From: Bacteroidaceae bacterium
GTDB lineage: Bacteria; Bacteroidota; Bacteroidia; Bacteroidales; Bacteroidaceae
Assembly: GCA_900770665.1 (NCBI GenBank)
Contig: CAAGKZ010000045.1
Span: forward strand, 1,104 to 65,103
DNA length: 64,000 nt
Reading direction: 5' to 3'
Shown here: one piece after another, positions 43,550-51,381 of the stretch
Numbering within the stretch: position 1 is the first letter of the stretch
Layout of the letters: every line of letters begins with the position of its first letter
The notes under the pieces: generated by a model
Seen by the model: the letters and a program-made list of their open reading frames with translations, nothing else
Told to the model about the DNA's origin: nothing
Databases searched by the model: none
Made by a program: the position numbers and the translations under genes

Positions 43550-43998
43550 TTGATTTTTTCAAGGATTACGGTTATTGGGGAATGGGAATACTCTCCTTTC
43601 TGTCGGGTTCGATAGTCCCGATAGCAAGCGAGGTGCTTCTTGTCTTTTTTCTTAATTTGGGATTGAACGCGGTGTCACTTACTCTTGTTGCCACTCTTGG
43701 CAATACCCTTGGCGGTATCACCTGTTTCATGATTGGATATCTTACCAACAAGGCTACCGTACAGAAATTGTTCCGCATATCGGACAGGCGGATGAAACGT
43801 GCCGATTTGATGATACAGAAATATGGTTTTTGGACTGCTGCGCTGTCGTTTGTGCCGGTGATAGGTGAGGCTTTGCTGGTGGCGTTGGGTATTATGCGCG
43901 TGGATAAATATAAGGTTATGTCTGTGATGGCATTCGGCAAATTTGTCAGGTATGTCCTGATTGTTGCTTCGTACTACGGAGTATTGAACCTGTTCTGA
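43534..43998 (+). CDS. YqaA/DedA-like (VTT domain) small membrane protein
   Basis: 154 aa. WGMGILSFLSGSIVPIASEVLLV...GNTLGG is typical of the YqaA family. Confidence 0.7.
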   Translation: MGETLIDFFKDYGYWGMGILSFLSGSIVPIASEVLLVFFLNLGLNAVSLTLVATLGNTLGGITCFMIGYLTNKATVQKLFRISDRRMKRADLMIQKYGFWTAALSFVPVIGEALLVALGIMRVDKYKVMSVMAFGKFVRYVLIVASYYGVLNLF

Positions 43999-44015
43999 CA
44001 TCACCGCTCTGCTGC

Positions 44016-44792
44016 TCAATATGATGCAGTAGCTTTAATTCCCTCTTTTGCAAGCAAGGCTACAATGCGGTCCAGTTCCTCGTGTGTGGCTTTCTGAAGG
44101 CTGCTTATAGGGGTTTCGCGGTCTATTGTGTATATCATGACCTCACGTGGAGCAATCTCCTTTATGGCGGCAATCCATGGCGTAACGTAGTTGTCACCTG
44201 TGTTGTTGACATCCTTCCCATCAACTGTACCTTTAAGGAACATTGTCTGTATCACGGCTTTGCCTTCAAAGGCCTTCATGCGTTCAATGATGGTTTTTAC
44301 GTCGTATATTCCTGTTGGGCGGTCCACTATGGATATATAGTCGCAGTCAATGGTGTCAAGCTTGAGGATATTGTTGTCTACCTTTTTCAAGGCTTCAAAT
44401 ACATTGTCTCGTATAATCAGGGTTGCATTGGTGAGCACGCTGACCTTTGCTTCGGGGCATAGCCTGTCGCGCAGTGCGATAGTGTCGTTGATGATGTCGC
44501 TGAAATGTGGGTGTATGGTGGGTTCTCCATTGCCGGCAAATGTAAGGACATCGGGCAATGTTCCGTCAATCTTCATTTCGGTAAGTTTTTCTTCAAGCGC
44601 TCTTGCAACCTCCTGCCGTGTTGGCATCGCGCCTTTGGCTCTTCTTGTAGCATTAAGGCCACATTCGCAATATATGCAGTCGAATGTGCAGACTTTTCCA
44701 TCGGCAGGCAGTAAGTTTATGCCTAAAGAAATTCCTAGCCTGCGACTTTTTACAGGACCGAATATCGGTGAGGGGTATATTACTGTCGGCAT
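44016..44792 (-). CDS. radical SAM protein (COG0731-like)
   Basis: CTFDCIYCEC (CxxxCxxC) follows a SRRLGISLGINL lead-in. 258 aa. Confidence 0.8.
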   Translation of the reverse strand: MPTVIYPSPIFGPVKSRRLGISLGINLLPADGKVCTFDCIYCECGLNATRRAKGAMPTRQEVARALEEKLTEMKIDGTLPDVLTFAGNGEPTIHPHFSDIINDTIALRDRLCPEAKVSVLTNATLIIRDNVFEALKKVDNNILKLDTIDCDYISIVDRPTGIYDVKTIIERMKAFEGKAVIQTMFLKGTVDGKDVNNTGDNYVTPWIAAIKEIAPREVMIYTIDRETPISSLQKATHEELDRIVALLAKEGIKATASY

Positions 44793-44796
44793 AGTG

Positions 44797-46860
44797 TCAT
44801 CTGTTTTTCTTTGTTTCGTTTTCCATCGTCAGCCTGTTCTCGACCATGCGGTTCATATATTCCTGTATGATGGCCTGCAGTTCACGTATCATATTGTCTT
44901 GAACATTGTTCTCGTCCAAAATGTTGTGTTTCATCATGATGTCATCGTGCAAATTGAACAATGACAAAGGTTTGTCATTATCCCCATCGTAAAGCAGGAT
45001 GTAATCTCCTTTATAGTATCTGTATGCCTCGTTTGCGTAGTTTACGGCATAGCTGTTTTCTGCAGGCGTTGATATGAGGCTTTTGCCGAATGCAATGAAA
45101 GGTTTGTCATATCCTACGTATTCAAGAACAGTAGGCATGATGTCTATCTGTTGTGCAATCATTGTTGAGTCAATGCCTGGCTCAAAAGGCGCGTCCCCTT
45201 GTGGTGAGAAAAAGATGACCGGAACCTCCATCTCGCCCGATGGTGTCTGATAACGGCTCTCGATGCTGTGATTGGTGTGGTCGGCCGTAATTACAAACAG
45301 GGTATTGTCGTACCAAGCCTGTTTTTCGGCATATTTGAAGAATTGCCGCAGGGAGTAGTCTGTGTACTGTACGCATTTGAAGAACGGGTCACTGCCTTCG
45401 GGGAATTTTCTCCTGTATTCATCGGGGATGTTGAACGGGTGGTGTGAAGATGCCGTGAAGACAGATGTTACAAACGGTTCTTTCATTTCGTTCATGCATT
45501 CGGCATAATATTGCAGGAACGGCTCATCCCAAATTGCCCATGTTCCGTCATAATCGTCTTCTCCATTGTGGTTTGGAGATTCGTTATACTCTGTCATTCC
45601 ATAGTATTTGTCAAATCCACTGGTCTTTGCGTATGCTGTAAAGCCCATTGAACCGTTTGGTGCTCCGTGGAAAAATGCACTGGTATAACCGACTTTGCCA
45701 AGCTCGCCGGCTATGCTGCTTACATCGTTCAGTGATGCCGAAGAGGAGATGAAGGGTGTGACAAACATTGGTATGCTGGAGAGTATCGAAGGCATTCCGT
45801 CAATGGATTTCTTACCGTTTCCGTAAGAATAAAGGTAGCTTTTGCTGCGTCTGACAAGACTGTCGAGGAATGGTGTGAGACTTCCGCTTTTGCGTGGATT
45901 GTATATGCCGATATACTCCTTTCCAAAGCTTTCTACAATAAGTATCACAATGTTTTTCCTGTTTGGGACTGTCTCCTGGAATTGTGTTATCGGGGTGTAT
46001 ATGCCTGCGATCTCCTTGTCTGTGAAATATTCTTTTGATGAAAAAGGCTTACGTCCGATAGTACGGATGATGGTGAAAGGGGTGTTCAGTACGAGAGCGG
46101 TCTCATTTGGAGTTGTGACGTAAGCGTTGGCATTGCTGAGTGTGATTGGACGTACGTTCCTGCTTATTCCGCCTCGTATACCAATGATAAGCAGTGGAAT
46201 GATTACTAATATCGCAGCAAAATGCCCGATGTAATATTTTGTGATTTTGCTATAATTATTTATGCGTTGCGGCAATTGTCTGCTTATTGCTTTTGAGGTC
46301 GGAGTGTATAATTTGTATATTGCGGCAATTATTACTATTCCCAGTAGTACGAGCCACCAATTCCTTAACATCTCAATGCCGATAATCTTGCCGATATTGG
46401 CGTCGTTACTGAACTCGTTGAAGACGTCAGAGGTGGTTCTGCGGTCGGTATACCTGATGTATATACTGTCGCACAGATTTGCTATGACTCCCAAGGCATT
46501 GGGTATTACAAATGCACCACAGGTGATGCTCCGCATTATTTTACCCTCTTTGTAGTGTAGTGGAAAGAGCAACAACAAGAGATATATCGAGTTTATATAA
46601 CATACACTTGGAGTGGCGAAGATTAAAAACCCCTTTATCAGCATAAATATGTTGCAACTTGCCAGTACAGTCTCATATTTGCCCAAGTTTACAAGAATGA
46701 ATATGATTTGGCATATTATCAGTATGGCATAGGATAGCAATATGTTCAATGCTACAGCTGCTGCAAGATGCCTGCTTTTGGCCTTTCTGCAAAGGAAACT
46801 TTTTTTGTATGCATCCTTGCAGCGCCCCAAGAATTCCGATATAAAGTTTTTGATCTCCAT
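44797..46860 (-). CDS. LTA synthase / phosphoglycerol-transferase family protein (membrane-anchored sulfatase fold)
   Basis: An N-terminal block of about 5 TMs and a C-terminal alkaline-phosphatase-superfamily domain (VESFG..., ITADHTNHS). 687 aa. Confidence 0.8.
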   Translation of the reverse strand: MEIKNFISEFLGRCKDAYKKSFLCRKAKSRHLAAAVALNILLSYAILIICQIIFILVNLGKYETVLASCNIFMLIKGFLIFATPSVCYINSIYLLLLLFPLHYKEGKIMRSITCGAFVIPNALGVIANLCDSIYIRYTDRRTTSDVFNEFSNDANIGKIIGIEMLRNWWLVLLGIVIIAAIYKLYTPTSKAISRQLPQRINNYSKITKYYIGHFAAILVIIPLLIIGIRGGISRNVRPITLSNANAYVTTPNETALVLNTPFTIIRTIGRKPFSSKEYFTDKEIAGIYTPITQFQETVPNRKNIVILIVESFGKEYIGIYNPRKSGSLTPFLDSLVRRSKSYLYSYGNGKKSIDGMPSILSSIPMFVTPFISSSASLNDVSSIAGELGKVGYTSAFFHGAPNGSMGFTAYAKTSGFDKYYGMTEYNESPNHNGEDDYDGTWAIWDEPFLQYYAECMNEMKEPFVTSVFTASSHHPFNIPDEYRRKFPEGSDPFFKCVQYTDYSLRQFFKYAEKQAWYDNTLFVITADHTNHSIESRYQTPSGEMEVPVIFFSPQGDAPFEPGIDSTMIAQQIDIMPTVLEYVGYDKPFIAFGKSLISTPAENSYAVNYANEAYRYYKGDYILLYDGDNDKPLSLFNLHDDIMMKHNILDENNVQDNMIRELQAIIQEYMNRMVENRLTMENETKKNR

Positions 46861-46896
46861 ATTATTGCAGTTTGTCTTTAAGAAATCCCCAGTTCT

Positions 46897-47523
46897 TTAT
46901 TTCCTGCCAAAATCAGCCGGTATTTCTCCCCACTTGTCGGTTTCCCACTTGATTAGAGTTGTCGTGTAGCAGTTCTCCCTCAACCATTTCTCGGCACGGT
47001 CAATATAACCGAACAGTTCCTCGCTTTTGCTGTCGCGTGGTAACTTTGTCTTGCATTTCTTGCCCTTTATCCATAGCAGGGCATTGTAGCTGTCCGAGTA
47101 TATCGGTAGGTCTATACCCCTTTGCTTCAATAGGGCTAACCCATGTACAATGGCAAGGAACTCGCCTATGTTGTTTGTGCCGAACATGGGCCCAAAGTGG
47201 AATACCTCCTCGCCTGTAGCAATGTATACACCACGGTACTCCATCATTCCCGGGTTACCGCTGCAGGCGGCATCCACCGCCAACGCATTCTTTATTATGG
47301 ATGCCGGCAGTGTTGCCGGCACTTTTTTAACATCTGCCTTTGCCTTGTGGCCAATGTAGTCTCCGGGTGATGACGCATATGCCCGCTCAGCTTCGGCAAG
47401 AGTGTCAAACGCCTTGTAAAGAGCCTGTTTTACGCTCTTTATCTGCGCTTGACACTCCTCCCAAGAGGAGTATATGCCCGGCTGTATGCCGTTCCACACC
47501 ACGTAGAATCTCTTTTTGGCCAT
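46897..47523 (-). CDS. rnhA: ribonuclease HI with N-terminal hybrid-binding (viroplasmin-like) domain
   Basis: FYVVWNGIQPGIYSSWEECQAQI forms the hybrid-binding domain (HBD). The RNase H core carries DAACSGNPG and NNIGEFLAIVHGL. ATG 47523 lies after the argS stop. Confidence 0.85.
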   Translation of the reverse strand: MAKKRFYVVWNGIQPGIYSSWEECQAQIKSVKQALYKAFDTLAEAERAYASSPGDYIGHKAKADVKKVPATLPASIIKNALAVDAACSGNPGMMEYRGVYIATGEEVFHFGPMFGTNNIGEFLAIVHGLALLKQRGIDLPIYSDSYNALLWIKGKKCKTKLPRDSKSEELFGYIDRAEKWLRENCYTTTLIKWETDKWGEIPADFGRK

Positions 47524-47539
47524 TGCGTGACAACTTTGG

Positions 47540-49330
47540 TTACATTCTTTCGGGAACCTCAATGCCAAGCAGGTTCATCGCTGTCTTGATAACCTTGCCG
47601 ACATTGTCGGTGAGCAACAGACGGAATGCCTTTGTCTCCTCGTTCTCCTCGCGCAGAATGCTGTAGTCGTGGTAGAACTGGTTGTACTCTCTTGCAAGTT
47701 CATAAGCATAGTTGGCGATGCCCGATGGAGAGTAGTCGGTGCCTGCCTGGCGTACCACTGCAGGGAACTCGTTGAGCATTCTTATGATGTTGCACTCCTT
47801 CTCGCTGATGCTCTCGGGTGCAGTGAACTCTGTCTTTGCGCCGGCTTCGGCAGCCTTGCGGCCGATTGAGCGTGTGCGTGCATATGTGTACTGGATAAAA
47901 GGACCGGTGTTACCGTTGAAGTCGATTGACTCCTTGGGGTTGAAGAGCATGTTGCGGCGCGCATCTACCTTGAGCATGAAGTACTTCAATGCGCCAAGTC
48001 CGATGATGCGGTTGATTTCGGCCTTCTCCTCGGCTGTGAGGTCATTGAGCTTGCCGCCAAGCTCCTCCGAGGTCTCACGGGCGGTATTTATCATCTCGTC
48101 CATGAGGTCGTCGGCATCAACAACGGTACCTTCGCGGCTCTTCATCTTGCCCTCGGGGAGCTCTACCATGCCGTATGAGAAGTGTACAAGTCCCTTTCCC
48201 CATGAGAAACCGAGCTTGTCGAGCAGCAATGAGAGTACCTGGAAGTGGTAGTTCTGCTCGTTGCCCACAACATACACCATCTTGTCGATAGGGTAGTCAC
48301 GGAAACGCAACTGTGCTGTACCTATATCCTGTGTCATGTATACCGATGTGCCGTCGCTGCGCAACAGGAGTTTCTCGTCGAGTCCGTCGCCTGTGAGGTC
48401 GGCCCATACCGATTCATCCTCTCTGCGGTAGAAGATGCCCTTCTCGAGTCCTCCAAGAACAGTCTCCTTGCCCACAAGGTATGTGTCGCTCTCGTAGTAG
48501 ATTTTGTCGAAGTCAACGCCCAGACGCTTGTATGTCTCGTCAAAGCCTTCGTAAACCCAACCGTTCATCTGCTCCCAAAGTGCGCGCACCTCCTTGTCGC
48601 CGGCCTCCCACTTTACAAGCATCTCGCGTGCCTCGGCCATCAGTGGCGATGCAGCTTCGGCCTCCTCCTTGCTCATGCCCTTTTCCATGAGCTCTGAAAG
48701 CTCTGCCTTGTAGTGCTTGTCAAAGGCTACATAGTAGTCGCCAATGAGGTGGTCGCCCTTCTTGCCGCTGCTCTCGGGTGTCTCACCGTTGCCCCATTTC
48801 TGCCATGCAAGCATTGACTTGCAGATGTGTATACCGCGGTCGTTGACGATATTGGTCTTTACAACCTTGTTGCCGTTTGCCGCGATGATGTTTGACAATG
48901 CGTAACCCAGGAGGTTGTTGCGGATGTGTCCAAGGTGAAGTGGCTTGTTGGTGTTGGGTGAAGAGTACTCTACCATTACAAGCGGAGATTCCTCGGTTGC
49001 AGGTGTTGTTCCCCACTTGTCGGTGGCATCGATGTGCTTCAAAAGCTCAACCCAATAGCTTGGAGCAATGGCAAGGTTCAGGAAGCCCTTTACCACGTTG
49101 AATGATTTTATGATTGGAAGGCTATTCTTTAGTTGCTCGCCAATCTCCTGTGCTGTCTCTTCGGGACGTTTCTTTGATAGTGCCAGGAATGGGAAAACTA
49201 CCAAAGTGAAGTCACCCTCAAACTCCTTGCGTGTCTTCTGCAATTGTATCTTCTCTGTCTCTACTACTGCGCCATACAATTGCTTGATTGCTTCGGCAAC
49301 ACTCTGTGCCAATGTGATTTCAAGATTCAT
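47540..49330 (-). CDS. argS: arginine--tRNA ligase
   Basis: 596 aa with HIGH-type PLHLGHIRN, KMKSREG and a C-terminal anticodon-binding domain ending ...LLGIEVPERM. Confidence 0.95.
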   Translation of the reverse strand: MNLEITLAQSVAEAIKQLYGAVVETEKIQLQKTRKEFEGDFTLVVFPFLALSKKRPEETAQEIGEQLKNSLPIIKSFNVVKGFLNLAIAPSYWVELLKHIDATDKWGTTPATEESPLVMVEYSSPNTNKPLHLGHIRNNLLGYALSNIIAANGNKVVKTNIVNDRGIHICKSMLAWQKWGNGETPESSGKKGDHLIGDYYVAFDKHYKAELSELMEKGMSKEEAEAASPLMAEAREMLVKWEAGDKEVRALWEQMNGWVYEGFDETYKRLGVDFDKIYYESDTYLVGKETVLGGLEKGIFYRREDESVWADLTGDGLDEKLLLRSDGTSVYMTQDIGTAQLRFRDYPIDKMVYVVGNEQNYHFQVLSLLLDKLGFSWGKGLVHFSYGMVELPEGKMKSREGTVVDADDLMDEMINTARETSEELGGKLNDLTAEEKAEINRIIGLGALKYFMLKVDARRNMLFNPKESIDFNGNTGPFIQYTYARTRSIGRKAAEAGAKTEFTAPESISEKECNIIRMLNEFPAVVRQAGTDYSPSGIANYAYELAREYNQFYHDYSILREENEETKAFRLLLTDNVGKVIKTAMNLLGIEVPERM

Positions 49331-49400
49331 TTTATGTCAAATTATATTGTTATTTGTTCAAAAAAAAGGCAACAAAGCTTTATTGCCCTGTAATAATTTG

Positions 49401-49408
49401 CAAATATA
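49401..49408 (-). promoter_or_regulatory. -7 promoter box (TAnnTTTG) for argS
   Basis: The minus strand reads TATATTTG, 70 nt upstream of the argS ATG. Confidence 0.45.
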
Positions 49409-49502
49409 ATAAATGTCGGTAATTTTGCGTCTCAAATAATAATAAATCTTAAAAAGATATTTTAATATACACGTTGCTCGCGTATATGTGGTGCCTCATT
49501 TG

Positions 49503-49531
49503 TTTGTTCTGTCAATTTTGTGTTATATTTG
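49503..49531 (+). promoter_or_regulatory. Bacteroidetes-type promoter (-33 TTTG / -7 TATATTTG) for the rhomboid pair
   Basis: TTTG lies at 49503-49506 and TATATTTG at 49524-49531, with a 17-nt spacer. The ATG is at 49577. Confidence 0.55.
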
Positions 49532-49576
49532 CAGAATGTTTTATAATGGGTCAAACCTTGGAATGTTTTTGTTTTT

Positions 49577-50263
49577 ATGAATAGATTACCTGAAGTTACC
49601 AAAAATCTTTTGGCTATAAATGTGCTGCTTTTCCTGGCTACTTTTGTTTTGGGCAAGCAAGGCATCGATTTGGTGGGGATATTGGGCTTGCATTTCTTCA
49701 AGGCTTCGGACTTTGCGCCATATCAGCTGTTGACATATATGTTCATGCATAGTGGATTTTCTCATATTTTCTTCAATATGTTTGCGCTGTATATGTTTGG
49801 TGGAGTACTGGAGAGAGTATGGGGTGCAAAACGTTTCCTGATTTTTTATCTTGTATGCGGTGTCGGTGCCGGTTTGCTGCAGGAGATTGTACAATATGCT
49901 CAGTATGTCCAGTTGGGCTATGACTCTATAAGCGAAATTGCCGTATACCGTGGCGGGCCTCCGGTGCCGATGGCCGATGCCTTGAACCTTTGGAGAACCG
50001 TGGGCGCATCTGGCGCAATCTATGCGATATTGCTTGGATTCGGTATGCTGTTTCCCAATGAGAAGATGTTTGTTTTCCCGCTGCCGTTTCCAATCAAGGC
50101 AAAATTCTTTGTTATAGGTTATGCTGTCATAGAATTATTGTTGGGCATGTCGGGTACCCAGGATGGAGTTGCGCATTTTGCCCACCTCGGTGGAATGCTG
50201 TTCGGGTTGCTGTTGATTCTTTATTGGCGTAAGAAACGGAAGATCGGAGGTCCATATGTTTAA
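49577..50263 (+). CDS. rhomboid family intramembrane serine protease
   Basis: HSGFSHIFFNM, GASGAIYAILLGFG (catalytic Ser) and HFAHLGG (catalytic His). Confidence 0.88.
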   Translation: MNRLPEVTKNLLAINVLLFLATFVLGKQGIDLVGILGLHFFKASDFAPYQLLTYMFMHSGFSHIFFNMFALYMFGGVLERVWGAKRFLIFYLVCGVGAGLLQEIVQYAQYVQLGYDSISEIAVYRGGPPVPMADALNLWRTVGASGAIYAILLGFGMLFPNEKMFVFPLPFPIKAKFFVIGYAVIELLLGMSGTQDGVAHFAHLGGMLFGLLLILYWRKKRKIGGPYV

Positions 50264-51152
50264 GGAATTTTTAAGGAGATACAGCGCTGCCGACATTGTG
50301 ATGAAATTTATATATGTAAATGTGGCGGTGTTTATAATCCTTGTTTTAATCGGGGTTTTTTCGGTGCTGATGAACAGACCGATGCTTGCATATACGGTTG
50401 ATTCCTGGGTTGAACTGCCGGCATCGCCGTTGCTGCTTCTGCAGAGACCGTGGACAATCTTTACCTACATGTTCATGCATGGCGGTATATGGCACATATT
50501 GTGGAATATGTTTGCGTTGTATACATTTGGCAGGATTTTTCTTAACTTTTTCTCGGTAAGGCATTTTGTGGGTACATACATACTGGGTGGGTTGTCCGGT
50601 GCCTTGTTTTTTATCCTGGCCTATAATCTGTTCCCATATTTTGAGAATGTTGTACCAGTGGCGCGTCTGGTTGGTGCTTCAGCAGCTGTGCTGGCTATTG
50701 TTACGGCTACAGCTGTGCGCGCTCCCGAGTATAGGATAAATCTGCTCTTCTTTGGTGCGGTGAAACTCTCGACTTTCGCTCTCGTTACAGTGCTGATATC
50801 GGTGCTCATGCTCTCCGGTAAGAATGCCGGTGGTAATTTTGCGCATATCGGTGGTGCGTTGGCTGGTTACATGTTTGCCTTCCTGCTTGGGAAAGGCGTT
50901 GACATCACAAATGTGATAAATGCCCCTGTCGATTGGGTTAAACGCCTTTTCAAGGGTGAAGTTTTCAAACGTAGGAGGAAACCCAAATTCACTTATACCG
51001 GCAATGCAAAGCGTAGTGCCGATTATGAGTACAATGCCCGTAAAAAAACATCAGAAGCCGAGATTGATGCCATCCTTGAAAAGATAAAGAAAGGCGGATA
51101 TTCGTCACTTACCGAGGCCGAGAAAAAACGTCTGTTCGAAGCTTCCAAGTGA
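50256..51152 (+). CDS. rhomboid family intramembrane serine protease (second paralog, with soluble C-terminal extension)
   Basis: HGGIWHILWNM, GASAAVLAIV and AHIGGALAG, plus a roughly 80-aa basic tail ending IDAILEKIKKGGYSSLTEAEKKRLFEASK. It overlaps the first rhomboid by 8 nt. Confidence 0.85.
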   Translation: MFKEFLRRYSAADIVMKFIYVNVAVFIILVLIGVFSVLMNRPMLAYTVDSWVELPASPLLLLQRPWTIFTYMFMHGGIWHILWNMFALYTFGRIFLNFFSVRHFVGTYILGGLSGALFFILAYNLFPYFENVVPVARLVGASAAVLAIVTATAVRAPEYRINLLFFGAVKLSTFALVTVLISVLMLSGKNAGGNFAHIGGALAGYMFAFLLGKGVDITNVINAPVDWVKRLFKGEVFKRRRKPKFTYTGNAKRSADYEYNARKKTSEAEIDAILEKIKKGGYSSLTEAEKKRLFEASK

Positions 51153-51193
51153 TTTGTGATTTTCTTTCCACGTCTTCTGTTTTTTTTGGATGC

Positions 51194-51221
51194 GGCGCCA
51201 ATGATTGGCGCCTCTTTTTTT
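51194..51221 (+). terminator. intrinsic terminator after the rhomboid pair
   Basis: GGCGCCAA-TGA-TTGGCGCC stem-loop followed by UCUUUUUUUUG. Confidence 0.8.
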
Positions 51222-51326
51222 GTCGTTTTGCACCGCGATACCCCGGTTTTTCACGTCTCTTTCGCCTTTTATATTATTAAATTAAAGAAAAATACAAAAA
51301 AAACTGATTGTTTGAAGAAAAAACGC

Positions 51327-51334
51327 TATATTTG
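51327..51334 (+). promoter_or_regulatory. -7 promoter box (TAnnTTTG) for secDF
   Basis: TATATTTG lies 48 nt upstream of the secDF ATG. Confidence 0.45.
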
Positions 51335-51381
51335 CGCGTTTTTAAACGGAACAAAATAAATCACAATAAAAATTAATTAAA

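Noticed and set aside
46897-47523. Viroplasmin-like domain plus RNase H as a hint of a retroelement
   Set aside because: The N-terminal hybrid-binding domain fused to RNase HI is a normal cellular architecture. There is no reverse transcriptase or repeat nearby, and the gene is packed in an argS-rnhA-LTA synthase string.
51156-51359. 67-aa ORF between the rhomboid genes and secDF
   Set aside because: It covers the rhomboid terminator hairpin with its U tract and the secDF promoter. The peptide is Phe/Lys-rich nonsense derived from T- and A-runs.
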